Below are positions 54,005 to 64,000 of a stretch of DNA of 64,000 bases, one piece after another. The notes under the pieces are model-generated. The model searched no databases, had not been told where the DNA came from, and saw only the letters and a program-made list of their open reading frames with translations. The stretch is taken from positions 75,950,001 to 76,014,000 of the forward strand of contig NC_042999.1 in NCBI RefSeq assembly GCF_006345805.1. The letters are read 5' to 3'. The position numbers and the translations under genes are program-made. Position 1 is the stretch's first letter, and each line of letters opens with the position of its first letter. Source of the DNA: Octopus sinensis. Taxonomy: Eukaryota.

Positions 54005-55152
54005 AATGGCCTCGCAGCGTAAAGACACGAAACCTTATGTCCATTATGTTGTATCCATTTACAAATAAATGAAATAAATGTTAAGGAAACATATTTGGCT
54101 CCATCAGAAATCCATGGAGATATGGTGAGAACCTTATCAGACAATGCTCCATCATATGCAACAGTCAAACGATGGGTAAATGAATTCCAGTGTGGTAGGG
54201 AGAGTGTGGAAGATGATCCCACACCAGGGAGACCTCAAACTGCAACCACCGAGGACAACATTGACCTTGCTCTTGGTATAATAAACCAAATTCGTCGAAT
54301 ATCATGTCATCAGACAGCCGAGAGACCGGGCATCTCAACTGAAAGACCAGACAACATTGTGACAAAAGAATTTGGGTTCTCAAAGGTTTCTACAAGGTGG
54401 GTCCCTCGCCTTTTGACTCCTGAACAGAAACACACCAGGTGCACTTTGTCTACGAGCAATCTGGAGCTGCTTGAAGCCGATGAAGAGAATTTTCTTGCTC
54501 GTTTCATTACTATGAACGAAAGTTGGGTTCATCACTAGCAGCCTGAAAACAAAGAACAATCAAAGCAGTGGAAGCACGTATCTTTTCCTACCCCAAAGAA
54601 GGCCAGGGTCATTCTTTCCTCTGGCATGGTCATGGCGTCAGTTTTTAGGATTCGCAAGGTGTCTTGCTGATCGATTACCTTGAAAAGGGTTGCAACGTGA
54701 CAGGGCTGTATTATTCTCAGCTATTGAAATGCCTCCGAGAAGCAATCAAAGAATAAAAGTCGGAAATGCTCACCAGATGTGTCCTTTTTCATCACGACAA
54801 TGCTCCAGCCCACACCTCAGTGGTTGACATGGCAACAATTCGTGATTGTGGATAGGAACTTGTCCCACAACTGCCTTATTCGCCAGACTATGCCCCCTCT
54901 GACTTTCATCTATTCCCCAAAATGAAAAAAGCCCTGTCTGGTCGCCATTTTGCCATTGAAAATAAGGTTATAGACGCTGTAGGACGTTTCTTGGAGTCCC
55001 AAACAAAAGAGTTCTTCTACGCCGGGATAATCACACTTCAGCACCGCTGGAGAAAGTGTTCAGCCATTGAGGGTAACTATGTTGAAAATAAATCATCAGA
55101 AGTCTTGTACTGTTTTGTTTATTTGAGGCTTAAGACTTTTCATACACCACTC

Positions 55153-55153
<1 letters not shown>
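54005..55153 (+). mobile_element. Mariner (DD34D) transposon, transposase pseudogene
   Basis: APSYATVKRWVNEFQCGRES.EDD...GRP, WVPRLL, ITMNESWVHH (first catalytic Asp is Asn), HDNAPAH and YSPDYAPSDFHLF, with internal stops and a frameshift. The right TIR ...cttttcatacaccactcg is present; no left TIR was found. Confidence 0.92.
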
Positions 55154-55201
<48 letters not shown>

Positions 55202-55204
55202 TAC

Positions 55205-55235
<31 letters not shown>

Positions 55236-55705
55236 CAAATTGAGATAGGGGTTGTAAATGCAACCCTCCATGGGATAACATATATCCAATATACTGCTAG
55301 TGAAGTACCCAACAAAGTTAATACATAAATGTTAAGAATTGCGATGAAATTAATTCATTTACTGTATTATAAGGGCAAAGGTCAAATGTTTTACCACAAA
55401 TTCATAATACAAAATAAGAAAATGGAGAAATACATCCAAATCAAATATCAACTACCAGATAATACCCAATCACATACTTTATTAAACCACTACATAAGAA
55501 ACTTTAAGGTCAAACATAATAATATAGAACAAAACAGTGTACATAAAGGAGTGTACATAAAGGAGTAATATGATACAATAAGTAAAATATGTACAAGAGA
55601 ATATAAATATAAATAAATATAAATATAAACTACATCTTACAGCTGTTTCGGCCATGCAGATGAGTATGTCTCATTTTACTTATATTAGCCATTTGTGATA
55701 GGTCA

Positions 55706-55813
<108 letters not shown>

Positions 55814-56030
55814 TAGATAGATATATATGTACAGATATAAATATATATATATACATATATATATATATGTATATATATATACAAAAAGCAATAAAGATTC
55901 AAGTTAATTTAAATGAATTTACTTGAATATGGTACCTAACTTAGATGCACCAAAAAAAACTATACTGTTTTAACAATACAGTAATGTGGGGTGATTATAA
56001 GCGAGAAAGAAGCAACAAGAATGGATAGGT

Positions 56031-56121
56031 TTTTAGTACAATCGTTTCATACAAGGACAGGCTTTATTAAAAGTTGTAAAAATTACAGCATATAAACGTG
56101 TCCCGTACTCATCAGCTAAAA
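56031..56121 (-). ncRNA. Type I hammerhead ribozyme (minimal stem III), copy 1
   Basis: UUUUAG CUGAUGA [60-nt stem II: GUACGGGACA...UGUCCUUGUAU] GAAAC GAUU GUA CUAAAA. Confidence 0.8.
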
Positions 56122-56886
56122 TACATGTGAGTTCTCTAGACATCCTAGTGGTTGAGGCTATACTCATGAAGTAATGTAGATAATTAAGTAACATAAACAG
56201 ATTTCCAAAGTTCATTAAAGTTCTTTAAAGATGATGTACAGTCTTATCACAGAATTTTAAAAAAGTTCTAATAGCATCACAGAGAAGGTGACCTAATCCA
56301 TAGAGCACATATGAATTTCCAGAGATATGATGAGGGATTACATACTCACAGAAGACAAATTTATCCATTGTTAATCACAACGAGGTGGGTCTCAATTCCT
56401 GCTTATTAGCATTACAGAGAGGGTGAATTAATCCTTTGTATAGATGCACAATTTCCAATGGTGTAGATGTAAGTTTCCAGAGAAATGAAGAGGAATCTCA
56501 TATTCACAGGCGATAATTTATCAATGGTTGAACACAATGAGGTAGGTATCAATTCTTGTTATATGATTAGGTATTTGCCACATTAATCACATTACTGCTA
56601 TTTACAAGAGGCTGTAGCTATTTAACTTTTAAAGGCTGAAGGGCTTTCTAGAGAGGCCAAGAATAGAAAGGGAAGGTAATAGAAGAAAAGAGAGAAAATA
56701 AAGGAGGAGGGAGCAAAAAAAGGGGGGGAAGGGGACTAAAAGAGAAGAGAAAAGGAAAAAGAGAATAAGAAGAAGAAACAGAAAAAAGAGAAAAGAACTT
56801 TGGAAATCTGTTTATGTTACTTAATTATCTACATTACTTCATGAGTATAGCCTCAACCACTAGGATGTCTAGAGAACTCACATGTA

Positions 56887-56977
56887 TTTTAGCTGATGAG
56901 TACGGGACACGTTTATATGCTGTAATTTTTACAACTTTTAATAAAGCCTGTCCTTGTATGAAACGATTGTACTAAAA
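56887..56977 (+). ncRNA. Type I hammerhead ribozyme (minimal stem III), copy 2
   Basis: ttttag(56887-92) ctgatga(56893-99), stem II 56900-56959, gaaac(56960-64) gatt gta ctaaaa(56972-77). Predicted cleavage is after 56971. Confidence 0.8.
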
Positions 56978-57024
56978 ACCTATCCATTCTTGTTGCTTCT
57001 TTCTCGTGTATATATATATATATA

Positions 57025-57084
<60 letters not shown>

Positions 57085-57229
57085 CAAATATATGTGTGTT
57101 TTTGTCTGTGTAAATATATATGTATAAATATGGTGGTTTAATAAAGTATGTGATTGGGTATTATCTGGTATGCGATTGACTCTATATCAAATAGCCAATG
57201 AAATTAGTATATCCCATGAGAGAGTTGAA

Positions 57230-57992
57230 AATAGTTTGCACAAAGAAATTGGAGGTGAATGCCACGAATTCTAATACCTGATCAAAAGCACATTAGGTAG
57301 ATTAGCAGAACCAACTGGTTTCCTAGAACATTTCTTAACCCAGGATGAGTGTTGGCATCATCACTTTGAGCGGGAGACATACACGCAATCTATGCAGTGG
57401 TAACATTCCTCCTCACCTACTCTAAAGAAAGCCAAGGACGTTTCATCAGCAGGAAATGTGATGGCATCAGCTTTTTGGAATGTAGAAGGCATTGTATTGT
57501 TTATTGACTATCTTCAAAAGGGCCACACCATCAATGAAGAGCACTATGCCAAATTACTGCGGCAGTTACGAAAATCCATCATGACCAAACGCCCAGGAAA
57601 CTTGACAAAAGGGATCTTCTTTCGTCAGACCATTATTCCAGCGCACGTCTTTGGTTTCAGTGGTTGCTGTGCGTGACTGCGGCTTTGAACTGGTTGATCA
57701 CTCTCCCTATTCTCTTGATTTGGCTCCATCAGACTAGCCTCTGTTTTCCAACTTGGAAAAATACTTGGCTGGTACTAATGTCGCACTCATGATGTCGTCA
57801 TATCTGCTGTTGATGATTTTCTTTTTTTTACCAACAAGATCAAAGTTTCTTCAGCAATGGGATCCAAGCATTGCAACACCGACATAAGACTGTGTAGACG
57901 GTAAAGGGTACTATATTGGAAAATAAATCTCATTTGATCCCATGTCAGGAGAGTAGCTTGTTTAGCCTATGAATATTTTCAGCCGACCCTCG
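57230..57992 (+). mobile_element. Second mariner, 5'-truncated and degenerate
   Basis: MPRILIPDQKH, FLTQDECWHHHF, VMASAFWNVEGI..IDYLQKGHTINEEHYAKLL and PYSLDLAPSD; the end ...attttcagccgaccctcg is followed by TA. Confidence 0.85.
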
Positions 57993-58309
57993 TATTATAC
58001 AAGAAAGCTTTTAATTTAGTGTTAATTCTGTACAAGTTTGGGATATAATAGCTATCCAATAATCTGAACTAAACAATATATTTTCTTTTCACTGAGTTTT
58101 TTTCATCTTATACTCGTAAGGAATTTTATCTCGCATTATTTACATATAATGCATACATACAAACACTTTCAAATACATACATCAAAATTTAACTTGTGTT
58201 AGTCGAACTAACAAGATTATAATGCATCTAATCTGTGAGTTTGTTGCGTGATATGTATGTGTTTGTGTGTTCAAGACCTAATTTGTGAGTTTGTTGTGCA
58301 ACATAGATA

Positions 58310-58462
58310 GATAGGTAGATAGGTAGATAGATAGATAGATACATACATACATACATACATACATACATACATACATACATACATACATACATACATACAT
58401 ACATACATACATGCATACACACACATACATACATACATACACATATACATACATACATACAT
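58310..58462. repeat. (TAGA)n/(TACA)n compound microsatellite
   Basis: Directly visible. Confidence 0.95.
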
Positions 58463-59719
58463 ACTTACAAGCACGTGCACACAGATATATGCATTAAAAA
58501 ATTACACAGAAAAATCAAAGCTACTAAATGATATCACGTTCATAAGGTTGTTCATCAGGAGTTCCAAATATCAAATGATATATGCAAAATTCAAGCGATA
58601 TTTTACAAAACACACTCTACTGTTATCAGGAAGGACTTCCTAATGATTTCGTATTTAATTATGACATGACATCATACGCATGTAGATATATTTGTCTTGC
58701 CGTCAGCTAATACTAGACAAGGCTTGTTGCTTGAACCGAACTCACGAACCGGAAGCCACGAGTCTATAACATCATTCACTGTTATATGAACAATTCGTTA
58801 TCGAACTTTTATGATATGATCAATAACAATGAAAACAGAAATATATTTCTAAACGTTTTTGTTGTATAGAACAAAGAATATAGATAAAATAGTTGCCCAA
58901 ACGAATGATTTCGCAAAACCATATTGTCTTACACTCATACACACTCATACATGCGCTTATTCACACATGTACGTATATTTACACTCTGAAACACACACAT
59001 TCACATACATGTTGATATAAGTATTCGCAAATAACAGGAAATATATAGACATATGCAAATATAGAACTGTATATGGAAATATATATTTGCGGTTGTCTGT
59101 GTGCACGCGCAAATATGAACACAAAGTGAGAAGGAGAGAGAGGGACAAAGACAAACAGGTGGAAAATTAGACAGCTAAATACAGAAATAGGTATAGATGT
59201 AAATATCTGTATGAAAACACATACATGTACACATATTAGTGGCTATATGACAATGTGTGTGTGTGTGTTTTTGTATGTGTGTGTGCATAAGTACCTTTGT
59301 TAATACATGCACACACATGATTGTGAGTGTTTTTGCGTCTATGTACGCGCTTCTGTGTATGATACGCGAGCATGTACTTAAGTGAGTTTATGAGTTTAGA
59401 TCATCTCCAAAATGTAATATTTATAGTTTAGGAAAGCCTTTGATAACTTTGTGACTGTAGCGTTGTACTATAAATATTAACTGCAAATCTGTTTCTATAA
59501 AGTGGAACAGAAGTAATAATATGCAATCTGTATTGATAGTTTCAGCAGAAGGTCATTTCTGGAATAGTATGTTATAATTTCCCGGGTGATTATCTGTCAA
59601 AGCGTATGTTTAGACAATCTAGTTTTCCGAAACAAGGTCAAAGCAAAAATGTCATATAGTTACACCGCATTGATGCGCTCACACACGCATGCTCGCACAT
59701 ACTTACGTACACACACGTG

Positions 59720-59750
<31 letters not shown>

Positions 59751-59751
59751 G

Positions 59752-59809
<58 letters not shown>

Positions 59810-61077
59810 TACATGCATACATATACACACCTGTTTATATATATATATTTATATAGTGCGAAGTGAAATCGTTCAGAGGGGCAAACAGCATGAATGTGAA
59901 TGATTAAGTTACAGGGTGATGTACTGAATGCCGTATGCAATAAACTATTACATTATTGAAAGTAATCTTTAAATTTGGGAAAGAAAACAACATACATTTC
60001 AAGATAAGCTATGTTCCCGCCCCATTTAAATCTATTCGATGAAACTTTAGGGGTGGGGGGAAGTGAATGGTTGTAAATGTGTTATTAGCCAGAAAGATAT
60101 ATAACTTTTACGTAGAGAGATAAGCAAATAGGTAATTTGGGATAAAAAAAGAAAGAATAGAATTATAGTAGACCAGAATTGTATTGCTTTATGTACTCCG
60201 CTGTACAATGTATAATTGATTCATTGAAGTCTGGAAAGTATAATGTAACATTATATCTATTGGATAGTCTTATAGTGAATTACCAAATAATTTATGATAA
60301 GAACTGTATCCTGCTTACAGCTAGTTATAGCGAAATTACACTCACTCACGACCTTTCCACATCCTTTTTGCTACTTTGCTTCCCAAATTTCCATCCCACC
60401 ACACGCACAAAACGCACACACAAACACACACCATAAACTAAAATAAAGTGTGCATTTACTTATTAACTATGTTTTCATCATCAAAAATGGTTAGAATAGG
60501 TATAAATACAATGATTATGAAATAATATTAGGTGTTTATGGTCGAGCAAACATTTGAGATATATCTGGACCATTTTGATCTACAGAATTATAGTTTCCAT
60601 CTACGAGACAATGTTTTCTCCAATTCTGTATAATGAAATAGTACACGGCTTGCCGGCGTTTACTTTATAGGCATAGCGTTAAATATAGAGATTGGAAAAA
60701 TATTAGGAGATTAACTAACATTATTCTCTGAAGAAAGAAAGAGCCGAATAAATAAACATTTGTAAGACTTGCAACAAATGAACTTTAAGTTCAATTATAC
60801 TGTAGTCGTTGATTATTCATGAGTGTTTTTGTGGCAGGTAATTAGATCCATGTACGTCAGTGTGCCTCGGTTTCGGTAAGGTATCTAATCTTCAATGAAA
60901 TATAAGCTAGACATTCATCATTGAGGGCCGACTATATAATCATATAGCTACTACTACTACTACTACAAGATACAAGAATACGTTACAAGAAAGATTCTTG
61001 AGGTTTCACGAGACCTGTTGTCACCAAATCTTTGGATAACATACATGCTAATTTAATTAGTATGCAATAACATCTGT

Positions 61078-61250
61078 ATAATAATAATAATAATAATAGA
61101 AATAATAATAATGATAAGAAGAAGGAGGAGGAGCATAGGGAGAAGGAGAAGAAGAAGAAGAAGAAGGAGGAGAGGAGCCGAGGGAGGAGGAGGGGAAGAA
61201 GGAGAAGAAGAAGAAGAAGGAGAAGAAGAAAAAGAAGAAGAAGAAGGTTG
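61078..61250. repeat. (AAT)n followed by a ~135-bp (GAA/GGA)n homopurine tract
   Basis: Directly visible. Confidence 0.9.
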
Positions 61251-61373
61251 TCTTGGTTATTTATTTTGTTCAATCGCACTGCACTATTAGCTTATTAAAA
61301 CAAGATACAAATTCTTTATGTGTTTTAGGGAAAAGAAAGGTTATATCTATATCTATCTACCTACCTCTCTCTT

Positions 61374-61412
<39 letters not shown>

Positions 61413-61663
61413 GACAAACAAGAATGAAAATGCTACTTTCTTAAAATTGGGTGTGTTTTAATTTACATGCTTCGGTTTTTTGTTTTGAAAAAAACTTATC
61501 AAAAATAAGTATAAAATATGTGTAAAGAAAAGAGAACTATTAATTAAATAAAATTAAAATTAAAATTAAGAATAACATTCATAGTTTACTGTCCTTTCTT
61601 CTTGCAGGAGCACATGGTCCATTCGTTCTGGAGGCATGGGAAGTTCAATTCATATATACATAC

Positions 61664-61705
<42 letters not shown>

Positions 61706-61711
<6 letters not shown>

Positions 61712-61837
61712 TATATAGAAGGAGCTTCTACAGGACTAGAACTGTTTCATTCAAGAGAAATCTTCAGGAAGCTTCCTGTAGATTTCTCTTGAATGAAACA
61801 GTTCTAGTCCTGTAGAAGCTCCTTCTATATAATAAAT
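61706..61837. repeat. 132-bp palindrome with one mismatch (61764/61779), composed of hammerhead sequence
   Basis: The centre is aagctt (61771/61772), and the arms pair throughout except T/T. Confidence 0.95.
61723..61773 (-). ncRNA. Type I hammerhead ribozyme motif within the palindrome
   Basis: AGCUUC CUGAAGA U-UUC-UCUU-GAA-U GAAACAG UUCUAGUC CUGUA GAAGCU: 6-bp stem I, 4-bp stem III and a GUA triplet. The 10.1/11.1 pair is a non-canonical U-U. Confidence 0.7.
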
Positions 61838-61896
61838 TAATTTTACTCTGCTATGTATTGAGTACCTTATTTACTGTGGTTAACCCCGAATCAACC

Positions 61897-62125
61897 CGGG
61901 ACCTACATATATATATATATATATTTTTTTTTCTACTCTTTTACTTGTTTCAGTCCTTTGACTGCGGCCATGCTGGAGCACCGCCTTTAATCGAGCAACT
62001 CGACCCCGGGACTTATTCTTTGTAAACCCAGTACTTATTCTATCGGTCTCTTTTGCCGAACCGCTAAGTAACGGAGACATAAACACACCAGCATCGGTTG
62101 TCAAGCAATGCTAGGGGGACAAACA
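61897..62125 (-). mobile_element. SINE family 3, 3' part
   Basis: tttcagtcctttgactgcggccatgctggagcaccgcc...cagcatcggttgtcaagc. Confidence 0.85.
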
Positions 62126-62314
62126 CAGACACACAAACATGCACGCACACACACACACACACATATATATATATTATATATATATATTTATATATAGAGG
62201 GCATTATTATACATACATGCCACACGCTAAGAGGGACAAAATTAGTCATTTCTACCAAAAATTTTACTAATCCCACCGAATGCAATTTTTCAAAGTAAGA
62301 CATTTAAAAATATG

Positions 62315-62361
62315 GACTTGTATCACCTGTGATTTCATACCTCTGTATTCATCAGCAAGTC
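62315..62361 (-). ncRNA. Compact canonical type I hammerhead ribozyme (47 nt)
   Basis: GACUUG CUGAUGA AUAC-AGAG-GUAU GAAA UCA-CAGG-UGA UA CAAGUC: all core nucleotides are present, all three stems are Watson-Crick, and the triplet is AUA. Confidence 0.85.
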
Positions 62362-62433
62362 TACCCGATAATTTCTTGTTAAGTTTTCCTTATTAAGAAG
62401 TTGTCCTTAATTGCTAAATATATATATATATAT

Positions 62434-62466
<33 letters not shown>

Positions 62467-63349
62467 ATTTCTATATATATACACTAGTAGGTGAACAAAC
62501 GAAAGAAATGGGTACTCGACACATTTAGTAGGAGTTACATAACCATAACACCATATGGCCTTCCGGTACCCGTTAGAGACCGAATCAAACTATTTTAAAT
62601 AATACACACACATATACACACTCTCCCTCACACACACACACACACACACATATACATACATACGCACGCACGTACGTAAATTAAAGACACGATATTGTGA
62701 AAGCTCTAATGCTAATACTATAAATATTTTGTGTGTGTGGATCTTCCAACACAACGTATATAGAAAGTAGGACTGGTACTTTACAGAGAGCTTACAGTTG
62801 CCCAAGAATGAATAATTCCCTCTTATTTCTCTCCTCAATTTAGAGTGTAAACTGATTTATGAAGCCCTGGCAAGAAAAATATCAATATCCAAGCAGTGAA
62901 GGAAGCCATATACATACCAGTGAACAAAGTATGTGAATCTGAACCCTTAAGTTACCTTGAGCAGGCCCAAATAATTTGGAATAAAGAGGAAGAAAAGATA
63001 GCGAAGCGCTCGATTGAACTGTCAAATACATCTGGATCAGTTACTTAAGTACTAATACACAAAGTGTTGTTTTGTTTTGCTTTTTTTTTTTAAATTTTTT
63101 ATTTCAAGATGTCTGAACATCTAATGTGGTATATATCATGAGCATTGATGCGGTTTACCACCGTTGAAGCTCTTGTGAACTCAAATCTATAGAAGATGGA
63201 GCAATATTATGGGACAACTAAATGCTACTACTTATACCATATATCACCGTTTATTGTGTATAAAATAGCATTATAAAAATAACAGAATGTATTGATATTT
63301 GTTGATTCTGAAAAGCGTCAGACAAAATACTCAGCTGTATTAAGTTACA

Positions 63350-63500
63350 AGTTACGTTTTGAATTCTGGAGTCGACTTTGCCTTTTATGCATTCTGTAGT
63401 GTATAAAATAATCAACAAACAATTACTGGGATCGATAGGAATCAACTACACACAGTTCCTGCTCCCACCACTTCCCCTTCCTTTAAAATGGGCTGATCTC
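63350..63500 (+). mobile_element. Decayed SINE family 2 fragment
   Basis: gagtcgactttgccttttatgc...tactgggatcgatagga. Confidence 0.5.
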
Positions 63501-63826
63501 TTGCCTGTAGTAGAGAACAGTATTATAATATCAGATGAGTGGGCGTGGAGATGAAATTGTTGGCATATAAAGAAAAAACCTGAAGCAAAAATGTGGATAT
63601 AATTCTTTTGTGTTCACTTTTCTTTTACATTTATTTTCTGCAAATAATCAAATAAATGGTAACAGTGAGTATGATAAAGTAGATGATAACTTTATGCGGA
63701 AACCGGATATATGAATATGATCAGATTTGGAACCAAATATAGTCAAATGAATTTCATCCGCCACATACACTTACGTACAAACAATCATATACATATCCAA
63801 CTATAAATAAATACATACTCATATAT

Positions 63827-63898
<72 letters not shown>

Positions 63899-63958
63899 AT
63901 ATATATATATATATAATATACACATATATAGACAACATATACATAGATATACATACAC

Positions 63959-63998
<40 letters not shown>

Positions 63999-64000
63999 TG

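Larger units (their letters stand above)
56002..57006. mobile_element. PLE remnant with a 212-bp inverted pseudo-LTR pair (56002-56213 / 56795-57006) enclosing a decayed GIY-YIG segment
   Basis: The arms are reverse complements with a constant coordinate sum (113008), and each holds a hammerhead. The spacer on the minus strand gives CD*CGK, FNH and PLHFSGNLH, resembling the CCHH motif of PLE endonucleases. Confidence 0.7.

Noticed and set aside
60985-61035. Minus-strand AAAGATT-TGGTGA...GAAAC...AATCTTT hammerhead-like frame
   Set aside because: There is a 7-bp outer stem, but at least four core positions are wrong and there is no stem II.
60983-61279. Poly-Leu/Phe ORF resembling a signal or membrane segment
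   Set aside because: It arises from (GAA/GGA)n and (AAT)n repeats.

Overview
AT-rich, gene-poor animal genomic DNA dominated by (TA)n/(CA)n/(TATG)n microsatellites and transposon debris. The tRNA-headed SINE families and microsatellite load suggest a cephalopod (Octopus), which is an inference. There is one 100-N scaffold gap (37422-37521). Recognisable elements: a degenerate Helitron PIF1 helicase (~25-880), an internally deleted Penelope-like retroelement (PLE; RT plus GIY-YIG, 1436-3183), about 30 SINE copies including a head-to-tail array (9.9-13.2 kb), a complete but dead Tc1 (21207-22423), a CR1/L2-type LINE (35389-37421) and two dead mariners. One convincing terminal coding exon lies on the minus strand (43875-44140), with weaker upstream exon candidates. 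The standout signal is a set of type I hammerhead ribozyme motifs from at least three sequence families at 55.6-62.4 kb. Two sit in a 212-bp inverted PLE pseudo-LTR pair. One lies in a 132-bp palindrome whose only mismatch hits a catalytic-core base. One is a compact, fully canonical 47-nt motif. All calls were made by eye; no alignments or folding programs were run.
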